Of a stretch of 37,982 nt of DNA, positions 28,554-36,531 are shown in pieces. The translations under genes and the position numbers were made by a program. Numbering within the stretch: the first letter of the stretch is position 1; each line of letters starts with the position of its first letter. Origin of the DNA: a virus (Duplodnaviria; Caudoviricetes); the IMG/VR virus record IMGVR_UViG_3300015370_000030, positions 1-37,982 of that record. The stretch is one strand, 5' to 3'. A model generated the notes under the pieces. That model saw nothing but the letters and a program-made list of their open reading frames with translations, had not been told where the DNA came from and ran no database searches.

Positions 28554-29170
28554 AATGTGGCTTGCCATGTGAAATATTTTCTCGTATAACAGGATTCTAT
28601 ACTGCCACACATCAATGGAATCCCTCGAAACAGGAAGAGTTCAAGGAAAGGAAAACTTATGACATGACACATTTCAGCACAACGATCCCGAAACATGAAT
28701 TGAAAACAGCAGAAGAACTGGAAGCTGAAAGGATCAGTACGGGAAAGGAATACTGGGCAAGGATGGGAGATAATGTTAATTGCGAGGATATCGGCGCACA
28801 AACGAGATTGCAGAATGAAGAAAGAATAAAAATAACAGATATAAAGATATCTGATAAAAAAGGAGTGAGAATTGATATGGGTTTCATGGATAATTTTATT
28901 ATGAAAATGATTATGGGGAAATTGAAAGATCCAAAATTCCTGGCTACAAATGCTTATCATATTGTGGCTCTGCTGGATAATTTCATTGATACTGAAGAAG
29001 AATGGGAAGCAATTGCAAAATATATCAGGGATGGTATTGAGGCAATTATAGGAGGTGATATCCCGTTATTTGACGATGCCGATGAAATTAAAGCATTAGC
29101 AAAAATAATCAGATGGCTTCACCTGAAACTTGAAATAATTGAACAGAAGTTACTGGAAAAAAGTAAATGA
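28550..29170 (+). CDS. Protein starting with an NrdD C-terminal glycyl-radical-like peptide, plus unrelated helical C-terminal part
   Basis: AGGAGG RBS; CEIFSRITGFYTATHQWNPSKQEEFKERKTYD matches the class III RNR C-terminal pattern; possible internal start at 28877. Confidence 0.7.
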   Translation: MKCGLPCEIFSRITGFYTATHQWNPSKQEEFKERKTYDMTHFSTTIPKHELKTAEELEAERISTGKEYWARMGDNVNCEDIGAQTRLQNEERIKITDIKISDKKGVRIDMGFMDNFIMKMIMGKLKDPKFLATNAYHIVALLDNFIDTEEEWEAIAKYIRDGIEAIIGGDIPLFDDADEIKALAKIIRWLHLKLEIIEQKLLEKSK

Positions 29171-29364
29171 TTGATAAGATTTCATTACTGATTGAGGCTT
29201 TGAAACGGGACAAGCCTGGCGTTATCATGCTTGCCCTGTTTTTCATGGTGTTCCAGACTGAAATTTACTGGCAACGCATGGCTTGTATCGGGGTTATGCT
29301 GATAGTTTTCCTGATCCGTAATATCGGGAAACTCAAAGACGATAAGGAAGATAAAGATATGTAA
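29167..29364 (+). CDS. Putative holin (two TM segments)
   Basis: 65 aa with two hydrophobic stretches and a highly charged C-terminus; last gene of lysis cassette. Confidence 0.5.
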   Translation: MIDKISLLIEALKRDKPGVIMLALFFMVFQTEIYWQRMACIGVMLIVFLIRNIGKLKDDKEDKDM

Positions 29365-29402
29365 ATGTATGCAAATATATTCAAAGCAAATAGTCTCTCA
29401 TT

Positions 29403-29429
29403 GGGCTGTCAGAAATGGCAGTCTTTTTT
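29403..29429 (+). terminator. Rho-independent terminator ending the late operon
   Basis: GGCTGTCA-GAAA-TGGCAGTC hairpin followed by TTTTTT. Confidence 0.8.
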
Positions 29430-29469
29430 ATTCCCCAAAAAACAAACAAAAAATATATCATAAAATATC

Positions 29470-29497
29470 TTGACATCTGTCTAAAACATGATACACT
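29470..29497 (+). promoter_or_regulatory. Early promoter (sigma70-type)
   Basis: TTGACA 29470-29475, 16-nt spacer, extended TG-A-TACACT; AT-rich upstream tract. Confidence 0.7.
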
Positions 29498-29531
29498 TTC
29501 TATATGAAAAGAAAATCACAGGAGGTTAATC

Positions 29532-29726
29532 ATGGTTGATAATCAAAGGGCTTCAACAAAAAGTATCCCGATGACAGATGAACTCTGGGATATCATTGAA
29601 GAAATTCAAAAGAGTTCAAAAAATGCGTTAATCAAAAACGCAACGGATGCGATCATTTTCTGTCTGCAAAGGACACGAGATGACTTGCGGAAAGAACAGG
29701 GGAGGGGGGATAAAAAATCATGTTAA
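29532..29726 (+). CDS. Ribbon-helix-helix-like transcriptional regulator
   Basis: AGGAGG RBS; STKSIPMTDELWDIIEEI...NATDAIIFCL strand-helix-helix pattern; first gene after early promoter. Confidence 0.55.
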   Translation: MVDNQRASTKSIPMTDELWDIIEEIQKSSKNALIKNATDAIIFCLQRTRDDLRKEQGRGDKKSC

Positions 29727-30625
29727 CGGCAACCCAGTTAGAAGAACGCAGAGGCGGTATAGGCGGGTCAGATATTGCCGCCATAATGTGTCTTTCGCCA
29801 TGGAAGACGCCCTTTCAGGTATATCAGGAGAAGCGTAAAGAAGTGGACGACTGGCAGGGGAATGAATCAACAGACTGGGGAAGTAGACTTGAACCAACAA
29901 TCCGGCAGTGGTACAGCGACATAACAGGACGTGTCGTCAGGATTCCAGAAAATATATTGTCACACAAAAAATATCCTTTTATCAGGGCATCTCTTGATGG
30001 TTTCACGGACGACGAAAGGGTTGTGGAGATCAAGACAGCCCGTTCGGGCAAGGGATGGGGCGACCCCGGGACAGATGAAATTCCAGAATACTACGCTTTG
30101 CAGGTTCAGCATTATATGCTCGTAACCGGATTTGAAGTATCTGACATTCCGGTCTCAATTGCCGGGAAATATCCTGAAATATACGAAGTTCCTGCGGATA
30201 AGGAATTGCAGGAAATGATAATTGAGGCTTGTATCAATTTCTGGAAGCGTGTAGTTGACGGTGATCCGCCAGAACCGGTGACTTATTCTGATGCTGTGGC
30301 CAGGTTTGGAAGATCAACAAGCCGGGGCACAATAACAGCAACAGAGATTGACATTGCAAATGTAAATGATTTGCGCCAAATCAGGGCTGAGATAAAGACC
30401 TTGCAGGGGAAGGAAGAGGAATACAAAGGCGAGATCATAAAAATCCTTGGGGATAATGGTGATATTCTGGCCGATCTGGATGGATGTCCGCTTGTGACTT
30501 ACAAACTCTCGAAAGGCCGTAAGTCTTTTGATTCAAAACAATTCCAGATAGACGAACCTAAAATATATGAAAAGTATGTTAAATGCGGTGAAGGATCGAG
30601 AAGATTCTTAATAAAAGGAGAATGA
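29720..30625 (+). CDS. YqaJ-like (lambda-exonuclease family) viral recombination nuclease
   Basis: RRGGIGGSDIAAI...SPWKTP, WGSRLEP, ASLDG, VVEIKT, YALQVQHY motifs. Confidence 0.92.
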   Translation: MLTATQLEERRGGIGGSDIAAIMCLSPWKTPFQVYQEKRKEVDDWQGNESTDWGSRLEPTIRQWYSDITGRVVRIPENILSHKKYPFIRASLDGFTDDERVVEIKTARSGKGWGDPGTDEIPEYYALQVQHYMLVTGFEVSDIPVSIAGKYPEIYEVPADKELQEMIIEACINFWKRVVDGDPPEPVTYSDAVARFGRSTSRGTITATEIDIANVNDLRQIRAEIKTLQGKEEEYKGEIIKILGDNGDILADLDGCPLVTYKLSKGRKSFDSKQFQIDEPKIYEKYVKCGEGSRRFLIKGE

Positions 30626-31650
30626 AAAAAATGAACAATCAAACAATCGAAAACAATTCACTTATGACAGCACCAAATCAGGGTAGCGCATTAGTAGACG
30701 TAGAACAGCAGAGGGCAATTTCAGAGGTTCAGGGTGCCATAATCCTTGCTAAGAAGTTCCCAAGAGATCAGATAAAAGCACTTGATAGAATTATTACAGC
30801 CTGTCAGCGTCCGGGACTTGCAGAACAGGCTCTATATTCCTACAGTCGTGGTGGAACGGAAATAACTGGTCCTTCAATTCGGATAGCCGAAACAGTTGCT
30901 CAGAATTGGGGTAACATTCAATTCGGTATCAGGGAATTGGAACAAAGGGGCGGCGAATCAACAATTGAAACCTTTGCATGGGATATGGAAACAAATGTCA
31001 GGGTAACAAAGACATTCCAGGTAAAGCATGAAAGACACACAAGAAAAGGAAGTTATAAACTTGAAGATCCGCGTGATATATATGAAATTACAGCAAATCA
31101 AGGCGCAAGACGTTTGCGTGCTGCAATTCTTGCTATCATTCCAGGAGATATTATTGAAGCCGCCGTTGCTCAATGCGAACAAACATTAAGAGCCAAAGCT
31201 GATACGTCAGCAGAAGCATTGAAGAAATTAGTCACAGCCTTCGAGACATTTAAAGTCAGTAAGACTCAGATAGAGAAACGTATCCAGAGACGGCTTGACA
31301 CCATAACGCCAGCTCAATTGGTCAATCTCAGGAAAATCTATAACAGTCTGAAAGATGGAATGTCGAGTTCCGCAGATTGGTTTGAACCGGATGAAAAGGC
31401 CGCCACAGAGGAACCGAAAAAAGGAACTGATGGGCTGAAAGAAAAGATCAAGAACAAAAAAAATCCCGAAAAGCCCAAAGACGAGACAGATTACCAATCC
31501 TTATCAATAGATATCCTGAAAAAGATATCAAAAGATGCAAGGGATTTCACATCTGATGCCGGACTTACGCACGAAGTGATAGTAAATCTTTGGAAGGAGG
31601 TTAACGAAGATCCGAAAACTTTTGAAGCCAGGGTCTTTGAACTGATATGA
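30622..31650 (+). CDS. Putative single-strand annealing/recombination protein
   Basis: Paired with YqaJ; EVQGAIILAKKFPRD...YSRGGTEITGPSIRIAE...WGN motif; start may be ATG 30631 (better RBS spacing). Confidence 0.6.
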   Translation: MKKMNNQTIENNSLMTAPNQGSALVDVEQQRAISEVQGAIILAKKFPRDQIKALDRIITACQRPGLAEQALYSYSRGGTEITGPSIRIAETVAQNWGNIQFGIRELEQRGGESTIETFAWDMETNVRVTKTFQVKHERHTRKGSYKLEDPRDIYEITANQGARRLRAAILAIIPGDIIEAAVAQCEQTLRAKADTSAEALKKLVTAFETFKVSKTQIEKRIQRRLDTITPAQLVNLRKIYNSLKDGMSSSADWFEPDEKAATEEPKKGTDGLKEKIKNKKNPEKPKDETDYQSLSIDILKKISKDARDFTSDAGLTHEVIVNLWKEVNEDPKTFEARVFELI

Positions 31651-32429
31651 TAGACAAGGAAATAAATGAATTGGTTTCGAGGAAAATGTTGGCCATCCTG
31701 AGGCAGGTTGACAGGAAAATTGCTTTACTCAGGATTGAGATGATGGGAACGGCCAAAGAAGAAATCATTGAATATCCCTGCATGGCCAAATCCGTTATAA
31801 ATATTAGCAGTCAGCAGTGCGAGGCAGAATTAGCAAAACCCGCTTTGGATGCAGAGAATATTCGTGATAGATGTAGCAATGAAGTCTACGAACAAGTGCT
31901 GAAAATGCGGCATGAAAAAGAAAAAATCCTTGATTCCCACGAGGTCAATAGCGAGACCAGAAAAGCAGATTTGATAAATTCCATTGTTGCACTTCTGCAA
32001 GCTAGAAACATGACCTGGGATGATTACTTGAGACAGGAAGGCATAACCGATGCTCCGCTTGGAGGAATGAAAGTAGCCAAGTTATATGAGGAATTCAAGA
32101 AAATTGCTTCTAAAAAGCCATACCAGACAGAGGATTTTAATTCCATTGATGATATCAGGATCCCGGCATTCGAAGAGAAACTCCCATTTACGGATACAAC
32201 AGAATTGATTGAAGCAAAACCGGAACCAGAGCCAAAAATAGAAAACATCAGACCAGGGATAATAAAAGCCCTGGCAATTAAGAAAGGAGTTATCGAGGAT
32301 ACCAGAGAAGATTGGAATAAATACATGAAAGAGATCAAAAAAATGTATAATGTTAAGTCTATTCTGAATCTGACCGAGGATCAGAAGCAGGAGATAGTTG
32401 ATATTTTGAATGAAATCAGGGAGGAATAA
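31647..32429 (+). CDS. Hypothetical protein
   Basis: 260 aa, ATGA overlap with the previous gene. Confidence 0.65.
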   Translation: MIDKEINELVSRKMLAILRQVDRKIALLRIEMMGTAKEEIIEYPCMAKSVINISSQQCEAELAKPALDAENIRDRCSNEVYEQVLKMRHEKEKILDSHEVNSETRKADLINSIVALLQARNMTWDDYLRQEGITDAPLGGMKVAKLYEEFKKIASKKPYQTEDFNSIDDIRIPAFEEKLPFTDTTELIEAKPEPEPKIENIRPGIIKALAIKKGVIEDTREDWNKYMKEIKKMYNVKSILNLTEDQKQEIVDILNEIREE

Positions 32430-32430
32430 C

Positions 32431-33315
32431 ATGGGAAATACAGAAAGTAAATTTGAATTGATGGTACGGGAAAGCGGGCTGGATAAAACAAAGGCTCAAT
32501 ATCTACTGGATAACTTCACGGAATATTTTGCTATCGCTTCGGACTGGGAAAATAAGGCAAAGACCCTGGCGGTTACCGACGAAAATCAGACAGCGGTAAT
32601 GAAAATGGCACGAGAAGGCAGGTTATTCCTGCAATCTAAGAGGGTTGATATTGAGAAAGCCAGGAAGGATCTGAAAGACCAATCCCTGCGAGAGGGCAAG
32701 GCGATTGATGGCATCGCAAACGTATTGAAAGCCCTGATAATTCCCATAGAAAATTATCTTAGGGATCAGGAAAACTTCGTAGTCAATAAGCAGAAAGCAG
32801 AAGTGGCAGAAAGGCAAAGGCTTGCACTAGAGTTATTGCGAAAGCAAGAGGAAGAAAAAGCAGAGATTGACAGGAAGGCAAGGGAAGCAGAACAGAATAG
32901 ATTAAGGCTGGAGAATGAACGATTGAAGAAAGAACGCCAAGCGACAGAAACAAAAGCCATGATGGAAAAAATGAAACAGGATAAAATCAGGGAAAAGGAA
33001 AGAAAACTAGCCGAAGAGAAGCTGGCCACAGAAAGGGAAAGATCAAGAATTGAAGCCGAAAAGATCAGGGTTGAAAATGAAAAGAAGCTGGCCGAGGAAC
33101 GCAAAAAAGCAAAAGAAGAAGCCGAGAAACTTAGAATAGAGAACGAAAAGAAAATGCTTGCAGAAAAATCCAGACTCGACAAACTCAAAAAGAAAGAAGA
33201 AGCAAAATTGAAAGCCGAAAGAGAAGAATTGAAAAGGAAACATGAAGAAGAACTCAGGCAGGCAAGGCTTGTGAAATGTCCGAAATGTGGACATGAATTT
33301 GAGAACATTAAATAA
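32431..33315 (+). CDS. Coiled-coil phage protein with C-terminal CxxC
   Basis: Likely ATG 32431 after GGAGG; long E/K/R-rich helix; ends VKCPKCGHEF. Confidence 0.7.
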   Translation: MGNTESKFELMVRESGLDKTKAQYLLDNFTEYFAIASDWENKAKTLAVTDENQTAVMKMAREGRLFLQSKRVDIEKARKDLKDQSLREGKAIDGIANVLKALIIPIENYLRDQENFVVNKQKAEVAERQRLALELLRKQEEEKAEIDRKAREAEQNRLRLENERLKKERQATETKAMMEKMKQDKIREKERKLAEEKLATERERSRIEAEKIRVENEKKLAEERKKAKEEAEKLRIENEKKMLAEKSRLDKLKKKEEAKLKAEREELKRKHEEELRQARLVKCPKCGHEFENIK

Positions 33316-33322
33316 ATAACGA

Positions 33323-33394
33323 TGGGGCATAGCTGAGATGATCTAGCGTGCGGCTGTTAACTGCAAGACGAAGGTTCGAGTCCTTCTGCCCCAG
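33323..33394 (+). tRNA. tRNA-Asn (GTT)
   Basis: Acceptor TGGGGCA/TGCCCCA, anticodon arm TGCGG-CT GTT AA-CTGCA, T-arm GAAGG-TTCGAGT-CCTTC, discriminator G; CCA not encoded. Confidence 0.88.
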
Positions 33395-33420
33395 CGATAC
33401 AATAAGCAAAGGGGGAAATT

Positions 33421-33858
33421 ATGGGAATGGGAATGTTATTCAACAATGAACTACTTGATTATAGAGATTTTTATTGTGGGTCAGGATCGGAAAAATGTAT
33501 CGGTCCCAAATGTGCCAAATGGAGAACTGCAACGATCAAAGGGAAACGGGATGAGATAAGGGAAGTCAGGAAATACTTTAATCCGAAAGATTATCACGCC
33601 CCGAAATCGGTAGATGTTTGGAATCCGGAATATCCAGATAAAACAAATGATTGGACGGAAACAGGAAGAACGGAATGCGAACTTCCAAATCAACTCATTG
33701 AATACAAATGCGTCTGGGAAGCAAAGGGAGTTGAATATACCAGAGAAGGCGGGTATTGCGGCGAGGCTGGATATCCGAAGAAGAAGATTGTTGATTTGGG
33801 TTATGAAAAGTCTCAAGAGATTATCACAGAAGGGATGGTTAAGGCACATGGGGAATAA
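33421..33858 (+). CDS. Cys-containing hypothetical protein
   Basis: GGGGG RBS-like; YCGSGSEKCIGPKCAKW...GGYCGEAG. Confidence 0.65.
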   Translation: MGMGMLFNNELLDYRDFYCGSGSEKCIGPKCAKWRTATIKGKRDEIREVRKYFNPKDYHAPKSVDVWNPEYPDKTNDWTETGRTECELPNQLIEYKCVWEAKGVEYTREGGYCGEAGYPKKKIVDLGYEKSQEIITEGMVKAHGE

Positions 33859-34207
33859 ATCAAAACAGGAGAAAGGGTTAACAATCGAAATATATGGAGA
33901 AAGATTAACAGTAACAAAATCCGCTTTCAGAACCATTAAAAAACTCAACGAAACCAACGAACGTTTAATACAAAGGCAGAAAATAATTCAAGACGAATAT
34001 GACAAACTCAGTAAAAATGTTTTCGCCATCTTCGAGAAAGTCAAAAAACTGGAAGAATCGGTAAAAAAATACTATCCGGGATTATGGGCGGACAGCGTTA
34101 AACAAGGTGCCAACATGATCGATGTGATAACAAAGATCATAGAGAAAAACCAGATTCAGGTCCTACGGGGAATTCCCGAAGAAGTGAAGAAGTTGATAAA
34201 GAAATAA
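33848..34207 (+). CDS. Hypothetical coiled-coil protein
   Basis: Likely start ATG 33848 within track ORF 33614-34207, whose 5-prime part overlaps the previous gene. Confidence 0.6.
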   Translation: MGNKSKQEKGLTIEIYGERLTVTKSAFRTIKKLNETNERLIQRQKIIQDEYDKLSKNVFAIFEKVKKLEESVKKYYPGLWADSVKQGANMIDVITKIIEKNQIQVLRGIPEEVKKLIKK

Positions 34208-34229
34208 AAAAATGTATGGAGGACGAACA

Positions 34230-34454
34230 ATGAATTTTGAAAAGGAATTTGAGACGTTCAAAAAGCGAGTGCCAGACGGATATGAATTATGGGACATCAC
34301 TTATAGATTCTGGGGAAAGGGTCATTCTAACACGAGGTATACTGCAACAATCGGCATGAAGGACTGGAGAGTGGATGGTGAGATTTTCCAAGCAGAGAGA
34401 AAGACCGCAAAAGACGCCTTTGAAAAGGCGCTGGGACAGGTGGAACAACGGTAG
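34230..34454 (+). CDS. Hypothetical protein
   Basis: GGAGG RBS before ATG 34230 (in frame with track ORF 34212). Confidence 0.6.
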   Translation: MNFEKEFETFKKRVPDGYELWDITYRFWGKGHSNTRYTATIGMKDWRVDGEIFQAERKTAKDAFEKALGQVEQR

Positions 34455-34470
34455 GGAAAGGGGGACTGAT

Positions 34471-34674
34471 ATGGAACATTTGAAGAAAATTGAGGAATTG
34501 AGTGATTATAAAAAATTATATGAGATGGTAATCGACAACGTAAAAATGAGCCGTATATTCTGTCATATTATTGAAAAAGAAAATGAAGTATGCTGCCAGA
34601 AAAGTATTCCATGTTCGGAGTGCCTGGACAAATATTTCCGTGGACAGTTGAGAAAGGAGAAGGAGGATTTATGA
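34471..34674 (+). CDS. Small Cys-rich hypothetical protein
   Basis: GGGGG RBS-like before ATG 34471; FCHII...VCCQKSIPCSECL. Confidence 0.55.
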   Translation: MEHLKKIEELSDYKKLYEMVIDNVKMSRIFCHIIEKENEVCCQKSIPCSECLDKYFRGQLRKEKEDL

Positions 34675-34784
34675 ACATAACCCAAATGACCTACCAGGAG
34701 ATGGCCGAAGCAGCTCCGGTTATGATACCTGAGCAGATCAGGGCGGCTGTCAGGGAGATTACAAGGAGGTGCGAAAAGGGATGA
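34671..34784 (+). CDS. Small hypothetical protein
   Basis: AGGAGG RBS; ATGA overlaps at both ends; MNITQMTYQEMAEAAP... Confidence 0.5.
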   Translation: MNITQMTYQEMAEAAPVMIPEQIRAAVREITRRCEKG

Positions 34785-34993
34785 AAATAAAAGTAAAACG
34801 TGATGGGAAATTCATCAAAGTCAATGTCAGTTATCCGTGTTGTTTAAAGTATCAATGTTTCAGTCCGCATAAATATGAGCATAAAGGCACTACGATTGAT
34901 GGGAAACAGAATAACTGGATAGATAAGAATTACTCTTGCAGTTACAGGAATTTTAACGGCTGTCCAGAGAGGCCGAAAAGGAGGGAAGGGTGA
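34781..34993 (+). CDS. Small Cys-rich hypothetical protein
   Basis: ATGA overlap; YPCCLKYQCFSPH...YSCSYRNFNGCP. Confidence 0.55.
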   Translation: MKIKVKRDGKFIKVNVSYPCCLKYQCFSPHKYEHKGTTIDGKQNNWIDKNYSCSYRNFNGCPERPKRREG

Positions 34994-35292
34994 ATAAAAA
35001 TTATATCGGACACAGATGTGAATATGCGCCTTTTGGCGAAGAATGGAAAACTACTATGATGAGGCACAAAAAAGTAGAATTGGTAGAATTGTATAAGAGA
35101 TCCTGCATTGATAATATGAAATCCAAAACAATATATATTTGTACATTCTGCGATTCCGAGTATGACAGCCCTGAAGAATGTAAACGCTGCGAAAAATCCT
35201 GCTGGGGCGACCACCAGGTTGATGCATTAAGAGATCAGCGAAGGGATGACGAATTGTGCGATAGGTTGAATGGGGAAACAGGAGTTGATTGA
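34990..35292 (+). CDS. Hypothetical protein with CxxC...CxxC
   Basis: GTGA overlap; YICTFCDSEYDSPEECKRCEKSC zinc-finger-like. Confidence 0.6.
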   Translation: MNKNYIGHRCEYAPFGEEWKTTMMRHKKVELVELYKRSCIDNMKSKTIYICTFCDSEYDSPEECKRCEKSCWGDHQVDALRDQRRDDELCDRLNGETGVD

Positions 35293-35293
35293 A

Positions 35294-35425
35294 GTGGGTA
35301 AATATTACGGATGTAAATCGTGGTCATGTAAGCAATGTAAACATTATGTTAAATTTCTGTGTGTTGCCAGCATGCAGGATATTTGCTGGAACAAAGGTTG
35401 TTTTTTTGAAGAGAAGGAGGCGTGA
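35294..35425 (+). CDS. Small Cys-rich protein, 43 aa (not in ORF track)
   Basis: AGGAG RBS, GTG start; MGKYYGCKSWSCKQCKHYVKFLCVASMQDICWNKGCFFEEKEA fills the gap between neighbours. Confidence 0.5.
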   Translation: MGKYYGCKSWSCKQCKHYVKFLCVASMQDICWNKGCFFEEKEA

Positions 35426-35431
35426 GAAGGG

Positions 35432-36037
35432 ATGAATGTATTGATAGGATTTGAACAATCAGGAATAATTCGAGAAGCTTTTAAGAAAAGAGGCCATAAC
35501 GCTTGGTCATGCGACTTGCTTCCATCTCTCATTCCAGGACAGCATTTGCGATGCGATATATTTGATGCCTTTGATCATTTTCCGAAAAAGTGGGATCTGA
35601 TTATCTTGCATCCGCCTTGCACTTGCCTGTCAGTATCAGGGAATCATGTATACGCAAAGGGAAAAAAGAAGTATCAAGAAAGAATTGATGCTGTTGCATA
35701 TACTATTGAATTATGGATTATCGCAAAATATTACGGGAAAAGAGTATGTCTTGAAAATCCGGTTGGCGTTCTAACGACCATGACAAACATGGGAGTAAAA
35801 CCACAGTATATTCAGCCCTTCCAGTTTGGACACTCGGAAAGTAAAAAAACAGGACTGTGGCTGTATAATCTTCCAGAGTTGAAACCCACAGGGATACTTG
35901 AAAAACCTGCTTGCGGATATTGGGAGAATCAAACTCCATCTGGACAGAACAAATTAGGTTCATCAAAAGGCAGATGGAAGATCAGAAGCAAAACTTATCA
36001 AGGAATTGCAGATTGCATGGCCGCCACTTGGGGCTAA
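35432..36037 (+). CDS. Compact C5-cytosine DNA methyltransferase-like protein
   Basis: MNVLIGFEQSG...AWSCDL, WDLIILHPPCT (catalytic PC), CLENPVG, KKTGLWL motifs. Confidence 0.75.
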   Translation: MNVLIGFEQSGIIREAFKKRGHNAWSCDLLPSLIPGQHLRCDIFDAFDHFPKKWDLIILHPPCTCLSVSGNHVYAKGKKKYQERIDAVAYTIELWIIAKYYGKRVCLENPVGVLTTMTNMGVKPQYIQPFQFGHSESKKTGLWLYNLPELKPTGILEKPACGYWENQTPSGQNKLGSSKGRWKIRSKTYQGIADCMAATWG

Positions 36038-36057
36038 CAATATATAAGGAGAAATTT

Positions 36058-36120
36058 ATGAAAGAATTAGCAAAAAAGATGCTGGAGAATTGTATTGAGA
36101 TAGGAAAGGAAGGTGATTAA
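36058..36120 (+). CDS. Possible 20-aa peptide
   Basis: AAGGAG RBS; MKELAKKMLENCIEIGKEGD; fills the gap to the next gene. Confidence 0.35.
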   Translation: MKELAKKMLENCIEIGKEGD

Positions 36121-36123
36121 AGG

Positions 36124-36375
36124 ATGAAAGAAACAGAATATTTAAAATGTGAATGTGAGGATTGGGCAAGGGATGATGGCTGGTTTTCAAAGCATCACCC
36201 GAACTGCGAAAAGTATGATCCTGCTGGTGATGCAAAGATAATGATCACGAAACTATTACGGGGAATAGAAGCCTGGGCGGGTGATGAGGATGGCGTTCAT
36301 CCTGCTGTTTTTAGATCATATAGAGAAGCAAAAATCATGATGGGGGAATTTGATGTTTTGAGAAAGTTGACTTGA
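36124..36375 (+). CDS. Hypothetical protein
   Basis: 83 aa; CECEDW...HHPNC, GIEAWAGDEDGVH. Confidence 0.6.
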   Translation: MKETEYLKCECEDWARDDGWFSKHHPNCEKYDPAGDAKIMITKLLRGIEAWAGDEDGVHPAVFRSYREAKIMMGEFDVLRKLT

Positions 36376-36399
36376 CATTCTGTGAGAAAGTGGTAAAAT
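36372..36399 (+). promoter_or_regulatory. Promoter for the replication genes
   Basis: TTGACA 36372-36377, 16-nt spacer, extended TG-G-TAAAAT. Confidence 0.75.
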
Positions 36400-36470
36400 T
36401 GAAAATGAAAGGGTCACACAACCCAAATGAAGATCAAAAATTTAATGGAGATTAGTCGAGCAATCGGCAA

Positions 36471-36521
36471 GGGGCTGTCCTCTTCCTTGTGTGACCTGGA
36501 GGATAGCCCCGTTTTTATTTT
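36471..36521 (+). terminator. Terminator/attenuator hairpin in the leader of the replication initiator gene
   Basis: GGGGCTGTCCTC (36471-36482) pairs with GAGGATAGCCCC (36499-36510); followed by GTTTTTATTTT. Confidence 0.75.
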
Positions 36522-36531
36522 GAGGTGAAAA

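Noticed and set aside
29365-29430. Possible c-di-GMP (GEMM) riboswitch, sought because of the GGDEF domain
   Set aside because: Only a single GAAA-capped hairpin with a U-tract is present; the two-stem GEMM architecture is not evident, so it is called a terminator
33323-33420. tRNA as prophage attachment site
   Set aside because: No integrase, no duplicated tRNA 3-prime end and no host genes in the window; lifestyle remains unresolved
7206-36120. Short alternative-frame + strand ORFs (7206, 8417, 9377, 11936, 15300, 16924, 19331, 29647, 29931, most of 35911)
   Set aside because: Nested in or largely overlapping longer genes with clear motifs; no independent support
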